From Rhodospirillaceae bacterium (lineage in GTDB: Bacteria; Pseudomonadota; Alphaproteobacteria; UBA7887), in NCBI GenBank assembly GCA_002728255.1, contig PBWV01000044.1:17927-81926 (forward strand): a stretch of 64,000 nt of DNA, in the 5' to 3' direction. The position numbers and the translations under genes are program-made. Shown here piece by piece: positions 19,811 to 30,827 of this stretch (positions are counted from its first letter, which is position 1; each line of letters opens with the position of its first letter). The notes below the pieces were generated by a model. It saw only the letters and a list, made by a program, of their open reading frames with translations. It was not told the origin of the DNA and made no database searches.

Positions 19811-21922
19811 TCACCCTTCTATAACCGAAAAATCTGCAACTGATCCCAGGAGGGCGCCAACCCTTCCCAGCAAACAAAGTCTATTTACACGAATTTCATC
19901 ATTTTCAACATTAACCTTGACCTGTTCAAAGAAGTTAGCGACAGCCGCCCCTAACTGAACCACACTCTTCATTGCACCAACAAAATCCTCGTCTACCAAA
20001 GCCTTCTGTATTTGCACATCCATAGATTCAAGCCTATCAAGAAGTGTTTTTTCCGCCGGTTCGGATAAAAGTTCGGGAACCACTTTTCCCCTAAAACTCA
20101 CCTTTTTCCTTCTCTCTTCTATTTGCACAATACTCATTGCCCTACTATAAACTCCTAACATCTGAAGCCCATCAGCAGAAGATAAAAAGTCATGTAATGC
20201 CTCAATCCGAAGCTGAAGCCGTACTAGATCAGCATTGTCAGGAACAGAGAACGCAGCCTCCACAATATCATGCCGAAATCCCATCTCACGAAGATAAACC
20301 TTCAGACGATCCAGGATAAACAGCAAAACTACCTCTCCAATTTTATCCCCACATGCAATATCTTGACCTATATAAGTTTCTCTGCTCCACGCAATCATTG
20401 CAGACAACGACACCCGCACCTTATTCTCAAGTATTATCCGCACAATGCCCAAAGCAGCTCTGCGCAAAGCAAATGGGTCTTTGGAACCCGTTGGGCGTTC
20501 GCCCGCAGTGAACATCCCAACCAGCGTATCAATTTTATCGGCGAGAGCCAAACAAATGCAGTTTGGTTCAGTGGGACAAGACATAGTTGGCCCAAGAGGG
20601 GCATAGTGACCCCCAATTGCTTCGGCAACAGGCCCCGGCTCGCCCTGGGCCAGGGCATAGTATTTCCCCATCACACCCTGGAGTTCAGCAAACTCGCCTA
20701 CCATTTCCGTGACAAGATCAGCCTTACAAAGTGCAGCTGCCCGCTGTAACGACTCTGAATCAGTGCCTGGTACAAACCTCCCTATTTTTGGAGCTAAAAC
20801 CGACAGCCGGACAACCTTATCAGCAACTGATCCGAGTTTTGTATGGAAAGTAATGTGCGAAAGACCCTTTCCATGATCAGAAAGTGAAATCGCCTTGTCC
20901 GTTTCCCAGAAGAATTTCGCATCGTGTAATCGTGCCCTCAGAACACGTTCATTCCCATCTACTATCCCATTGGTTTTAGAAAGACTCTCTATGTTAGACA
21001 CCATTATAAACCACGGCGCCAATGCTCCCTCTTTGGTGTGCAACGGAAAATACTTCTGATGGCTTTTCATGGAGGTAATCAGAACCTCATCGGGTAATGT
21101 CAAAAACTCTTGCTCTATCGCCCCCATAAATACCACCGGCCATTCCACAAGGCCCGCATTCTCATTTACGATGTCACCATCCAAATTTGTAGACAAGCCC
21201 TTTGCCGTAGCTAGGGCCAAAGCATTTTCCTCAATAGTTCTTTTCCGCGCTTCCCTATCAATCTGAACATATGTTGACTTTAATTGATCCTTGTACTCGT
21301 CAAAATTAGCGGGAGCGAACGTATCACAAGCCAAGAATTTATGCCCCCGCGTTTCGCTTCCAAAACAAAGTGTTTCTCCCGACCCCTTCCCGCGGACTAC
21401 ACCTAAATCAATACCCCCATTTACAACCTTCCCATCAAAAATACATAAAATAGACTCAATTGGACGCACCCATCTAAAGCTTCCCGCACCCCACCGCATG
21501 GACTTAGGCCAGCGCATCTCGCTCAAAATCTCTTTCACCAATTGAGACAAAATATCTCTGGTTTTACGACCTCCGACACGAAGGCGTGCTACATAAAATT
21601 CATTATTTTTGATTTTTTTTATCTCTATATCGGGATGATCTACCGAATCATAGCCCACTGATTCTAAAAAACCACCGACCGCCTTAGGGTTTGCACCTAC
21701 CTTTGGTCCTTTTCGCTCCTCTATAATTTCTTTCTGTTCCTTTGGAAGTCCATCCACTAATAAAATCAGCCGTTGCGGCGTGGAATACGATTTTAGCAGC
21801 TTAAACTCCATCCGATGCTCTCTTAATTTAAGGCGAAACGCATCCGCCAAACCTGATATTCCCTTATCCTGCATCCGTGCAGGCATCTCTTCTGATAATA
21901 TCTCGAGTAGAAATTCCGACAT
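19811..21922 (-). CDS. glyS: Glycine--tRNA ligase beta subunit
   Basis: LLEILSEEMP, WPKSMRWG, ELQGVMG, GSKDPFALRR. Confidence 0.96.
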   Translation of the reverse strand: MSEFLLEILSEEMPARMQDKGISGLADAFRLKLREHRMEFKLLKSYSTPQRLILLVDGLPKEQKEIIEERKGPKVGANPKAVGGFLESVGYDSVDHPDIEIKKIKNNEFYVARLRVGGRKTRDILSQLVKEILSEMRWPKSMRWGAGSFRWVRPIESILCIFDGKVVNGGIDLGVVRGKGSGETLCFGSETRGHKFLACDTFAPANFDEYKDQLKSTYVQIDREARKRTIEENALALATAKGLSTNLDGDIVNENAGLVEWPVVFMGAIEQEFLTLPDEVLITSMKSHQKYFPLHTKEGALAPWFIMVSNIESLSKTNGIVDGNERVLRARLHDAKFFWETDKAISLSDHGKGLSHITFHTKLGSVADKVVRLSVLAPKIGRFVPGTDSESLQRAAALCKADLVTEMVGEFAELQGVMGKYYALAQGEPGPVAEAIGGHYAPLGPTMSCPTEPNCICLALADKIDTLVGMFTAGERPTGSKDPFALRRAALGIVRIILENKVRVSLSAMIAWSRETYIGQDIACGDKIGEVVLLFILDRLKVYLREMGFRHDIVEAAFSVPDNADLVRLQLRIEALHDFLSSADGLQMLGVYSRAMSIVQIEERRKKVSFRGKVVPELLSEPAEKTLLDRLESMDVQIQKALVDEDFVGAMKSVVQLGAAVANFFEQVKVNVENDEIRVNRLCLLGRVGALLGSVADFSVIEG

Positions 21923-21923
21923 A

Positions 21924-22814
21924 TTAGCCCGGGGTCTTTTGGCGATTCGAAGCCAACCAAGATTCGCAGCAGTTTCTTGCTAGAGCACGCACGCGGCTTA
22001 TATATGCCTGGCGCTCAGTAACACTAATGACCCCGCGAGCATCAAGTAAATTAAATAGATGACTTGCCGCAATGCACTGATCATACGCGGGTAAGGTTAA
22101 ACCATTCTCTAAAAGGTCCGCACATGAGACTTCTGCATCATCAAAATTTCGCCTTAAGATTGTTACATTGGCTTTCTCAAAATTATAAGCGGAATATTGT
22201 CGTTCAGATTCGAGAAATACGTCCCCATAAGTTACCCCGGCACCATTCCAATCTAGTTCATATATATTTTCTACTCCTTGAACATACATCGCCAATCTTT
22301 CCAAGCCGTAGGTCAATTCCCCTGAAACGACCTCACAATCAATTCCCCCCACCTGCTGAAAATACGTGAACTGAGACACCTCCATCCCATCACACCATAC
22401 CTCCCAGCCTAAACCCCAAGCTCCAAGCGTTGGACTCTCCCAATCGTCCTCTACAAAACGCACATCGTGCTTTCTATAATCTATTCCTAAGGCCAACAAA
22501 CTATCCAGATAGAGCCGCTGTATCTCCTTCGGAGACGGTTTCAAAAGCACCTGGAACTGGTAGTAATGCTGCAGTCTATTTGGATTTACCCCATAGCGGC
22601 CATCTGCCGGCCGTCTGCAGGGTTGAACATATGCTACGCGCCAGGGATCCGGCCCTAAACTCCTCAAAAGAGTAGCAGGATGAAATGTCCCAGCACCAAC
22701 ACTCAAATCGTAAGGCTGCATCAGCACACACCCTTCCGAAGACCAATAGCCCTGCAATGTCAAAATCAACTGCTGGAAAGACGTTGCGGTCCCCGTATTT
22801 GTCTGGCTCAACAC
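21924..22814 (-). CDS. glyQ: Glycine--tRNA ligase alpha subunit
   Basis: [40 protein letters not shown]. Confidence 0.97.
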   Translation of the reverse strand: MLSQTNTGTATSFQQLILTLQGYWSSEGCVLMQPYDLSVGAGTFHPATLLRSLGPDPWRVAYVQPCRRPADGRYGVNPNRLQHYYQFQVLLKPSPKEIQRLYLDSLLALGIDYRKHDVRFVEDDWESPTLGAWGLGWEVWCDGMEVSQFTYFQQVGGIDCEVVSGELTYGLERLAMYVQGVENIYELDWNGAGVTYGDVFLESERQYSAYNFEKANVTILRRNFDDAEVSCADLLENGLTLPAYDQCIAASHLFNLLDARGVISVTERQAYISRVRALARNCCESWLASNRQKTPG

Positions 22815-22956
22815 TGTTCAATCACCAGACAGATAACGATATTTTGGATGACACTTAGATTCGATCATTACCAACTCTCAACATCACGGAAGTAAACCCG
22901 CCACAATCATGCTCGTATCATCACTTGCCACAATCCTGGGCATCCTAATCCCTATT

Positions 22957-23211
22957 TTACCCAGGATATGGACAATCAGGTTGGCCGCAGGATTTAGCCC
23001 CCTTAGTCGCCGAATAGTATGTGCCGCAATGAGCGCACTGAACCATATCCTCAGCCTCCAGCACCGAAGAAGGCTTCGGGCTGCGTTTTTTGGCATTTCT
23101 AACCTGCGCCCGTCGCTTTTTGTCAATACGCCCAATTAGCTTAAAGCCGTACCATACAATCACAATTATAGCGATGGTGAAGAGCAGCTTTTGTATACTA
23201 AACCCGAACAT
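22957..23211 (-). CDS. Small membrane-anchored protein with Cys4 zinc-ribbon-like C-terminus (PP0621-like)
   Basis: N-terminal TM helix, basic linker, EDMVQCAHCGTY...CGQPDCPY. Confidence 0.7.
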   Translation of the reverse strand: MFGFSIQKLLFTIAIIVIVWYGFKLIGRIDKKRRAQVRNAKKRSPKPSSVLEAEDMVQCAHCGTYYSATKGAKSCGQPDCPYPG

Positions 23212-23310
23212 ACCCCTATTTGAACAGTCCAGACCCGAAGGTCAAGCGTTTCCAGCGTATTAACCCAAAATCCAGCTTTTAACTCAGAAACTCCTACTCC
23301 AAAATAAGCC

Positions 23311-24156
23311 CTAAAGCCCATACCTTGACCAGAGGGCTTGCGCTTCCACCTGACACCATAGCTTATCTACAAACTCGGCCGGGAAGTGCCCATCAAAAAA
23401 GTTATTTTGGCCTACTCCCATTCTCCTCCGGAACCAATTTTTTGGCGCCTCCACAAATTTAATCCGGACATCCTCTCCAAAACGTTGGCGGGTGATTGAA
23501 TAGAGGTCTCCCAATCCGTCAACTAGGCCCAGCTCTAGCGCACGTTTGCCAGTCCAGACATCCCCATTAAAAAGAATTTCCGCGTCTCCATTGAGTCGTT
23601 TCCCACGGCGTTGCTGAACATACTCTATAAAGCCCTCATAAATCTCTTTCTGTATACCCTTCAGCATGGCAATCCCATCGGGATCCTCTGCCTTAAAGGG
23701 ATCCAACATCGCCTTGTGTTTGCCCTCAGAGTAAACTCGCCTCTCTACACCCATACGATGGATTGCCTCCTGAAAACCAAAGCCTGAAGAAATAACCCCA
23801 ATGGAGCCAACAATTGAATTTGAATCAGCAAAGATCTCATCAGCTGCACAGGCGAGCCAATATCCCCCCGACGCTGCAACATCCTCCAAAAATGCAAAAA
23901 TTGGGAGACTTTTCTCAGATGCCAAAGCTCTAATACGACGACTGATCAACGCGGATTGCACAGGGGAACCACCAGGCGAATTAATGGATAAAGCAATAGC
24001 TTTAACCCCCCTCATGGAAAATGCCCGCCGAATAGATTGGTCCAAAGAGGCTATACTCAACCCTCCGGAAACAGGCCTCCCAGAAGCGGCAATAACGCCC
24101 GACAACCTCAAAACCGCCACCTTAGGAACGGGCCTGGAAAACGGCCAAACTCTCAT
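23311..24156 (-). CDS. S49 family peptidase (SppA/SohB-like)
   Basis: INSPGGSPVQS, DVAASGGYWLA, SIVGSIGV. Confidence 0.92.
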   Translation of the reverse strand: MRVWPFSRPVPKVAVLRLSGVIAASGRPVSGGLSIASLDQSIRRAFSMRGVKAIALSINSPGGSPVQSALISRRIRALASEKSLPIFAFLEDVAASGGYWLACAADEIFADSNSIVGSIGVISSGFGFQEAIHRMGVERRVYSEGKHKAMLDPFKAEDPDGIAMLKGIQKEIYEGFIEYVQQRRGKRLNGDAEILFNGDVWTGKRALELGLVDGLGDLYSITRQRFGEDVRIKFVEAPKNWFRRRMGVGQNNFFDGHFPAEFVDKLWCQVEAQALWSRYGL

Positions 24157-24212
24157 TACCCTAACCTTTCATAACTAAATATGCGGCCCTTCTAAGACCC
24201 ATATCAAGGACT

Positions 24213-24983
24213 TTAGAACTCCAAAGCGCCACCCGAATATAAAATCTGCGTCGCCGATATGGTGTACTGACCTTCACCATCATGCAAGACTAGACCCGCA
24301 CAAAATTTGACTGGGCCTCGACGACCCTTTCGCCCCCTTACTATCACCCGCTTGGCTTCTTTTCCAAAGCTTGGCCAAATCGGGAATACACTTATATCCC
24401 CCGCAACCTCTCGCACCCTGGACAATAACTCATCTACGCGATCGGCACGATGAATAAAAGTGAGTGTGCCGGCATCTCTGGCAAGTGATGCAGCGGCATA
24501 GACCCATTCTCGAAGACCTATTCCAACTTCAATCCTAGAGCGATCCAGGGCAGATGTGGTTTGTGCCCTTGACGCCGGCAAATAAGGAGGATTGATCATG
24601 ACATGATCAAACCTTGGCTTCCATAATTTCTCAACCTCGGAGACATCTCCCAAAATAAATTTTATTCGTTTTTCAAAGCCGTTGAGAGATATATTCTGGA
24701 TTCCCAGAGAAAGCAAAGGTTCTTGCACTTCGATTCCTTCTATGTGGCATTCTTTTACTCTATAAGCCAAACACAAGGACGCCGACCCTACTCCTGAGCC
24801 AAGATCCATAACGCTATCACCATCGGCCGCCGGAACAGCTGAAGCGAGAAGGACTGAGTCAAGGGCCGCCCTATAACCCTTTCTAGGTTGAAACAACAAA
24901 ATCCGGCCGCCCAACAGTTTATCTTTGGTCGTCTCACCCCCATCCTCTTCAATATTTTCTACCACCTTCACAACTGGCCTCAC
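24213..24983 (-). CDS. tRNA1(Val) A37 N6-methyltransferase-like SAM methyltransferase
   Basis: QPRKGYRAALDSVLLA, DLGSGVG, NPPY, IHRADR. Confidence 0.85.
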   Translation of the reverse strand: MRPVVKVVENIEEDGGETTKDKLLGGRILLFQPRKGYRAALDSVLLASAVPAADGDSVMDLGSGVGSASLCLAYRVKECHIEGIEVQEPLLSLGIQNISLNGFEKRIKFILGDVSEVEKLWKPRFDHVMINPPYLPASRAQTTSALDRSRIEVGIGLREWVYAAASLARDAGTLTFIHRADRVDELLSRVREVAGDISVFPIWPSFGKEAKRVIVRGRKGRRGPVKFCAGLVLHDGEGQYTISATQILYSGGALEF

Positions 24984-25021
24984 TCAACACGTACTTTAAG
25001 AAACATTCAATCTTCAATGAT

Positions 25022-25657
25022 CTAAGGGATATCCGCAAACTTATGAACTTGCAAACTGAGTAGCCAATTCGGGTTAACATAACAATACTCAGCCGCTGCG
25101 GCCATATTCGCCGCCAATCGACTTCCTGACATGGGCTGTAGCAAGAAATTGCTGAAGTCAAGATCTTGAAAAAAACCTGGCTCGAGCCCCATCTGAGGAA
25201 AAACTAACTTCAATTCGTCACCACGAGTGCACTTCAAAGGGGCGCCAGCTTTTGGACTTACACATATCCAATCCACTCCCTCAGGCGGCAACATAGTCCC
25301 ATTCGTTTCTACGGCGACCAAAAAACCGAGTCTATGAAGACAATCAACCAATTCGTGGTCAAGCTGAAGAAGGGGCTCCCCACCTGTCAAAACCACTAAC
25401 TTAGGGCCCGAAAAATTCTTTTGCCACAAGGCGCCTATAGAATAGGCTAGTGATTCCGCCGAGGTATAACGCCCGCCCATCACACCATCCATGCCAACAA
25501 AATCCGTATCACAAAATTTGCAAATCGCTCTCTCGCGGCTAGGTTCGAGACCGTTCCACAAGTTACACCCGGAGAATCGGCAAAAAACTGCAGGGGTTCC
25601 TGCGTTTACCCCCTCTCCTTGCAGGGTAAAGTACATTTCCTTTACGGTATATGCCAT
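25022..25657 (-). CDS. queE: 7-carboxy-7-deazaguanine synthase (CX14CX2C-type radical SAM)
   Basis: TLQGEG, CNLW...CKFCDTDF, LTGGEPLLQ, ETNG, VSPK. Confidence 0.93.
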   Translation of the reverse strand: MAYTVKEMYFTLQGEGVNAGTPAVFCRFSGCNLWNGLEPSRERAICKFCDTDFVGMDGVMGGRYTSAESLAYSIGALWQKNFSGPKLVVLTGGEPLLQLDHELVDCLHRLGFLVAVETNGTMLPPEGVDWICVSPKAGAPLKCTRGDELKLVFPQMGLEPGFFQDLDFSNFLLQPMSGSRLAANMAAAAEYCYVNPNWLLSLQVHKFADIP

Positions 25658-25747
25658 TAACGGACCTCCAGGCGTCTAGCGAAGCAAACTTACTTGTCGA
25701 ACACCAACCACTTGTGGCCTCTTGCTAGTCTCCTAAAGAGCTAGTTT

Positions 25748-26458
25748 TTAGAGGCACCCATTCATAAATCTCTTATAACCCTGCATACGTAACACACATG
25801 CCGGGCACTCGCCACATCCGTAGCCCCAGGAGTACCGGCTAGACCTCTCCCCCAAATAACACGTGTGAGTCTCCTCAAGAATCAATTGTATCAGAGGGTC
25901 TCCGCCTAGTTCACAGGCCAATCCCCAGGTCTCAGCCTTGTCAAGCCACATCAACGGGGTCTCTATTACTAACCTCGCATCCATTCCCAGATTTAAGGCA
26001 ACCTGCATAGCCTTAACACTATCGTCACGGCAATCCGGGTAACCCGCGAAATCCGTTTCACACATTCCACCAATGACATATCTAGTCTCCCTCTGATACG
26101 CAATTGCAGCTGCTAGACTAAGAAAAATAATATTCCGTCCCGGAACAAAAGTAGTTGGCAAACCATCCGGGCTAATGGTGATCTCCTGATCTCCCGTTAG
26201 AGCCGATGAGCTAATTTGAGACAAAGCAGGAATCTCTATAAGATGGTTTTTGTTAAGACGTTCGCCCCACAATGGGAATTGTGTTCGGATTAACTCAAGA
26301 ATTCTCGTCCGACATTCAAGTTCGACAACGTGACGTTGCCCATAGTCAAAAGATATCGTTTCAACTTGCTCGTACTTGCTCAGGGCCCAAGCAAGACAAA
26401 CTGCGCTGTCTTGACCTCCGGAAAACAGAACGAGGGCTTTTTTGTTATTTAAAGTCAT
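25748..26458 (-). CDS. queC: 7-cyano-7-deazaguanine synthase
   Basis: FSGGQDS, FVPGRN, YPDCR, THTCY...CGECPAC. Confidence 0.95.
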   Translation of the reverse strand: MTLNNKKALVLFSGGQDSAVCLAWALSKYEQVETISFDYGQRHVVELECRTRILELIRTQFPLWGERLNKNHLIEIPALSQISSSALTGDQEITISPDGLPTTFVPGRNIIFLSLAAAIAYQRETRYVIGGMCETDFAGYPDCRDDSVKAMQVALNLGMDARLVIETPLMWLDKAETWGLACELGGDPLIQLILEETHTCYLGERSSRYSWGYGCGECPACVLRMQGYKRFMNGCL

Positions 26459-26562
26459 TGGATCATTCTCTTGATTAAACAAGCTCATGGAAAATATCAC
26501 AGGATAATGTTTTGATGTTACCCCCAAATACCTGATATCGAGTCACCGGATAGGACCATATT

Positions 26563-27372
26563 TCATCTCTCATGCCATTGATCAACAACCTCATTAAGAT
26601 GATTAAGTTCCGCTGGGCTAAGCAGTGACATCACCCGCGACCGACCTTTAACTGCCTCAGGATCGCCATTGGCGGAAGCAAGAGCGTACCAAAAATAGGC
26701 TCTCGCCATATCGGATTCTACCACCACCCCTTGTTCGTATAGCGACCCGACTATTTTTTGAGACCTTGGATGCCCCGCCTTTGCTCCAATCCGAAACCAC
26801 TTGACCGCTTCAAGTTCATTACTATCAACGCCAATCCCATCACGGTAAATCTGCGCCATTTCATAGACCGCCTCCCGGACACCTTGGTTCGCCGCACCAA
26901 GAAGCAAGTCTCTCGCTAAAACGAGATCAGCCACTACCCCTAAACCTTTAAGGTATTGCATACCTAGATAATATTTTCCAAAAGGGTTCCCTCGGTCAGC
27001 AGCCAATTGAAACCAAGATAATGCCGTAGACGGGTTGCCGGCTAACCCCAAACCACTCAAATAAAGCCTACCCAAGTTGACCTGTGATAACACATGCCCC
27101 TGGCTAGCAGCCCTCCGATACCACTCCATTGCAGTGATAGCGCTAGATTCAATGCCCTGACCAAAACGGTAAAGGGTAGCCAAGTTATATTGCGCTGTAG
27201 GGTTTCCGGTAAGCGCCAAAGGCAGCCAAATTGAATACGCCAATTCGTAATCCCCACTATCATAGGCTAACTCAGCTTCATTTAGGTCAGCGACCGCTCT
27301 AGAGGGAATTAACTGCAATCCAACCAAAATTCCGACCAAACAAGCCATATTATGGAAAACTTTGAATATCAT
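26563..27372 (-). CDS. Secreted Sel1-like repeat protein
   Basis: Signal peptide; about five AQYNLA/LG..Y..G.G......A..W...AA..G repeats. Confidence 0.88.
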   Translation of the reverse strand: MIFKVFHNMACLVGILVGLQLIPSRAVADLNEAELAYDSGDYELAYSIWLPLALTGNPTAQYNLATLYRFGQGIESSAITAMEWYRRAASQGHVLSQVNLGRLYLSGLGLAGNPSTALSWFQLAADRGNPFGKYYLGMQYLKGLGVVADLVLARDLLLGAANQGVREAVYEMAQIYRDGIGVDSNELEAVKWFRIGAKAGHPRSQKIVGSLYEQGVVVESDMARAYFWYALASANGDPEAVKGRSRVMSLLSPAELNHLNEVVDQWHER

Positions 27373-27521
27373 CTCACTTGACCTACGGTATTTAGATAAA
27401 CAAGTTCAAACCTAACATACTTGCAAACATCTCTTGTCGATATATACAGGAATGATAAAGATATTATGAACTTGGTTAAAAATTGGCCAAATCATTGAAA
27501 TAAGGTTCTGCACCAATATAA

Positions 27522-28976
27522 ATGGGGTATCACCAACCAAAAATTGCGGATTTTGTTATACGCTCAGCCTTTATTGTGGATGGTAGCGGCGGCCCCGGCT
27601 TTATTGGGGATGTAGCCGTTACTGATGACAGGATAGTTGGCATTGGCGATTTGAGTGAAACTACGTCGGGCATGGAAAGAAATGGAAAGAATCTTGTACT
27701 CTCTCCCGGATTCATCGATGTCCACACCCATGACGATCGGGCTCTCTTATCCACTCCTACACTAGACTTTAAAGTGAGCCAGGGTGTCACCACTGTAGTC
27801 ACTGGCAACTGCGGGATCAGCTTAGCACCATTAAGCGGGCAAGAAATACCCCCTCCACTTGATCTAATAGCAACCGAACCCAGCCAGTTATTCGCAAAAT
27901 TTTCTCACTATCTAGAAGCCCTAGATCTTGAGCCACCGGCCGTAAACACTGCAGCCCTGGTTGGACACTCGACCCTTCGGATCGACTCTATGCAAGACCT
28001 TCAACGCCCAGCTTCTAATAATGAAACCAATATGATGAAGCAAAAGTTGGAAAAATCTCTTGACGCGGGAGCTATAGGCTTTAGCACGGGCCTTGCCTAT
28101 CAGCCCGCCTCGCATGCCTCCACAGAGGAAGTGATTAGCCTTGCGAAAAGCCTTCGCTCAGTGAAAAGCGTTCACACAACCCATATGCGGAACGAGGGGA
28201 ATTTTATCAAAGATTCTTTAGAAGAAACATTCCAAATAGGACTCGAGGCAGAAGTTCCTATTGTCATTTCCCATCATAAAGTAGGAGGGAAGGCAAACTT
28301 CGGAAGATCAAAAGAAACCCTTGCCATGATTGATAGCGCACGGAAACGTCAACCCTTAACTTTCGACGTCTACCCTTATGTGGCAAGCTCAACCATACTA
28401 GGTGTAAAAGGGCTAGACTCTGCCTCTAAGATAATAGTGACCTGGTCTAAGAAAAGGCCTGACCTCGCGGGTCGTGATTTATCAGCCATAGCTAAAATTC
28501 TTGACTGCCCACCGAAAGAGGCGATTAAGGCCTTATCGCCTGCTGGTGCTATATATTTTATGATGGACGAAGATGACGTACGCCGAATAATCTCGCATCC
28601 AGCTGCAATGATTGGGTCAGATGGATTGCCACATGATGCCCACCCACATCCTCGCTTGTGGGGAACTTTTCCGCGAGTTCTTGGGCACTACTCTCGAAAT
28701 ACTCAATTGCTGACACTCGAAGAATCTGTAAGACGAATGACGTCCTTGCCAGCAACAGAGTTTGGTTTGTCGGGACGTGGACAAATTGCCGTAGGCAATT
28801 ATGCAGACCTAGTACTTTTTAATTCAAATACAATTATAGATCAGGCTACTTTTGAAAAACCAACGGAAAAAGCCGATGGCATTGAACTAGTCATGGTTAA
28901 TGGCCGCACTACCTGGGAGAACAAGAAATCTACGGGCTCTCGACCTGGCAAAGTCGTTCGACGAGGTGATTCCTAA
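27522..28976 (+). CDS. N-acyl-D-amino-acid deacylase (D-aminoacylase)
   Basis: PGFIDVHTHDD, GNCGIS, THMRNE, SHHK, IGSDG, HPRLWGTFPR. Confidence 0.92.
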   Translation: MGYHQPKIADFVIRSAFIVDGSGGPGFIGDVAVTDDRIVGIGDLSETTSGMERNGKNLVLSPGFIDVHTHDDRALLSTPTLDFKVSQGVTTVVTGNCGISLAPLSGQEIPPPLDLIATEPSQLFAKFSHYLEALDLEPPAVNTAALVGHSTLRIDSMQDLQRPASNNETNMMKQKLEKSLDAGAIGFSTGLAYQPASHASTEEVISLAKSLRSVKSVHTTHMRNEGNFIKDSLEETFQIGLEAEVPIVISHHKVGGKANFGRSKETLAMIDSARKRQPLTFDVYPYVASSTILGVKGLDSASKIIVTWSKKRPDLAGRDLSAIAKILDCPPKEAIKALSPAGAIYFMMDEDDVRRIISHPAAMIGSDGLPHDAHPHPRLWGTFPRVLGHYSRNTQLLTLEESVRRMTSLPATEFGLSGRGQIAVGNYADLVLFNSNTIIDQATFEKPTEKADGIELVMVNGRTTWENKKSTGSRPGKVVRRGDS

Positions 28977-29040
28977 AATAGTATTTACCCATTACTACGC
29001 TCGACACATCAACCTCCCGCGCCTCAGGAAACTTCACCCC

Positions 29041-30621
29041 TCATTCACGTCCGACCTTTTTTACTAGCGGCAAAAATATGAGACTCAAGGCTAAGCAAAT
29101 AGCCACTACGGTTGTTATTTCATTGAATGCCAATATCATAGCTTCTCTTTCACCTAAAAGTGCATACCGTTGGATAGATGCAATTGTCGCCGATGGGGAC
29201 TCCCCTAAAATCGCAGATCCTGCAGACTCGAGGACCCCTAAGGTCTCCTGCGTTGTAGGATCACCCGCAACTATCGACTCACGCATCACCTGGTAGTGAT
29301 GCCTGGTGCGAACGAACAAATAATTGTTAGCTATAGCCACGCATATCGCCCCACCTAGCCGCATGCTCAATTGAAACAAGGCCGTACCCGCCTTTACCTG
29401 CCGCTCCGGTAACGAACCAACAGCCAGTCCGACCATAGATAAAAAGCACATTTGCGTAGCGATTCCTCTCAGGACCTGGGGCCACAAGAGTTCAAAAAAT
29501 CCAGTATCAAAGTTAAGTTGCGCCTGATACCAAGTCCCAAGAGCCATCAAACTGAATCCAACTATCGCCACGTTTCGCAAGCTAAAGGTGCGCATTATCC
29601 ACGGCATAAAAAATGTACACACCATCATTGTTAGCCCCAACACAACCAGCATTGAACCAATTTGCCAGGTATTTAGACCGAGAATTCTAGATAGAAATAA
29701 TGGCAACAAATACAAGGGAACAAACATTCCTGCCCCAAACACAGCTAAATAAAAAGATCCAAAAGAAAAATTAATATTCCCAAATACTCGCAAATCAATC
29801 AGTGGGTTTTTGCAGGCAAGCTCTCGCCACACAAATAAAATTCCGGCTATCAATGACATTATGGAAAGCAAAATAACCATCTCGGAACGAAACCAATCCT
29901 GCCTTCTACCTTCCTCCAAAACTACAAGGAGAGAAATAAAACAAGTAGCCATGAGGGCGATACCCAGCAAATCTACATCTTTAAAAATTGACCAATTTGG
30001 TTCATCTAGATCCACACAGAAAAAAACTAAGGCAGCGGAAATAAGAGCGAATGGCACACTAAAATAAAAGAGCCACGGCCAAGAAGCTTCTTCACTTATC
30101 CATCCACCCAAACTTGGGCCCAAAGCCATGGCACTTGTGCCAAGCAAGGAGACAATTGCGAGGAGGTAGTTCTGATAGTGCTTGGGATAAGAGGCATAGA
30201 TCGCTGCAAAAATCATAGGTGCTAACCCCCCTCCCATTAGGCCTTGTAACGACCGGAACACTATCATTTCCTCAATACTAGTTGCCTGAGCGCATCCAAT
30301 GCTCGCAGCACCAAAAGCTAGGGTGCAGATTGTGAACAACCATCGTGTCGACATCAACCTAGATAGCCATCCCGCCATTGGAATCATTATAACTTCTGCT
30401 ATGAGAGCCGATGTCAGCACCCAACTTACCTCTTCAGGGCCCGCCGCCAAACCACCTTTTATCTCGTCAAAAGAACTTCCCACAATTTGAATGTTAAGAA
30501 CAGCGAGAAACATGCCCATTGCCATTCCTACAAAAGCAACCAACCGTTTGAGTTCCACGCGGTCCGCGGCATCTCCTTTCTTCTCGTCTATCAAAACAGG
30601 GTATCCTTTAGAAACGACCAT
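29041..30621 (-). CDS. DHA2 family MFS efflux permease (EmrB/QacA)
   Basis: 14-TM pattern, WVLTSALIAE, GWLSR, GPSLGGWI, LEEG..DWF. Confidence 0.9.
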   Translation of the reverse strand: MVVSKGYPVLIDEKKGDAADRVELKRLVAFVGMAMGMFLAVLNIQIVGSSFDEIKGGLAAGPEEVSWVLTSALIAEVIMIPMAGWLSRLMSTRWLFTICTLAFGAASIGCAQATSIEEMIVFRSLQGLMGGGLAPMIFAAIYASYPKHYQNYLLAIVSLLGTSAMALGPSLGGWISEEASWPWLFYFSVPFALISAALVFFCVDLDEPNWSIFKDVDLLGIALMATCFISLLVVLEEGRRQDWFRSEMVILLSIMSLIAGILFVWRELACKNPLIDLRVFGNINFSFGSFYLAVFGAGMFVPLYLLPLFLSRILGLNTWQIGSMLVVLGLTMMVCTFFMPWIMRTFSLRNVAIVGFSLMALGTWYQAQLNFDTGFFELLWPQVLRGIATQMCFLSMVGLAVGSLPERQVKAGTALFQLSMRLGGAICVAIANNYLFVRTRHHYQVMRESIVAGDPTTQETLGVLESAGSAILGESPSATIASIQRYALLGEREAMILAFNEITTVVAICLALSLIFLPLVKKVGRE

Positions 30622-30827
30622 ACAGATCGCGCCATAAGAGGCAGTATCAACATTTGGAATTCACGAAACTTTATGAACGAAGACCCTCGATGACTTCATG
30701 TACCTCACCACACCAAGGCCTCCCAACATATTGCGGGAAAGAACCATAGACCATGCAAACTGCACTATCCCAAGCAATGCAGGCCTCCAGGATAGGACAA
30801 ACTGCCGTAAATAAGTAACCCCGTCAA

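Noticed and set aside
22898-22942. GCCACAATC repeated twice upstream of glyQ
   Set aside because: Only two 9-bp copies; not a CRISPR or iteron array and plausible by chance
26459-26562. Possible preQ1 riboswitch upstream of queC
   Set aside because: No preQ1 stem with the A-rich 3' tail is visible
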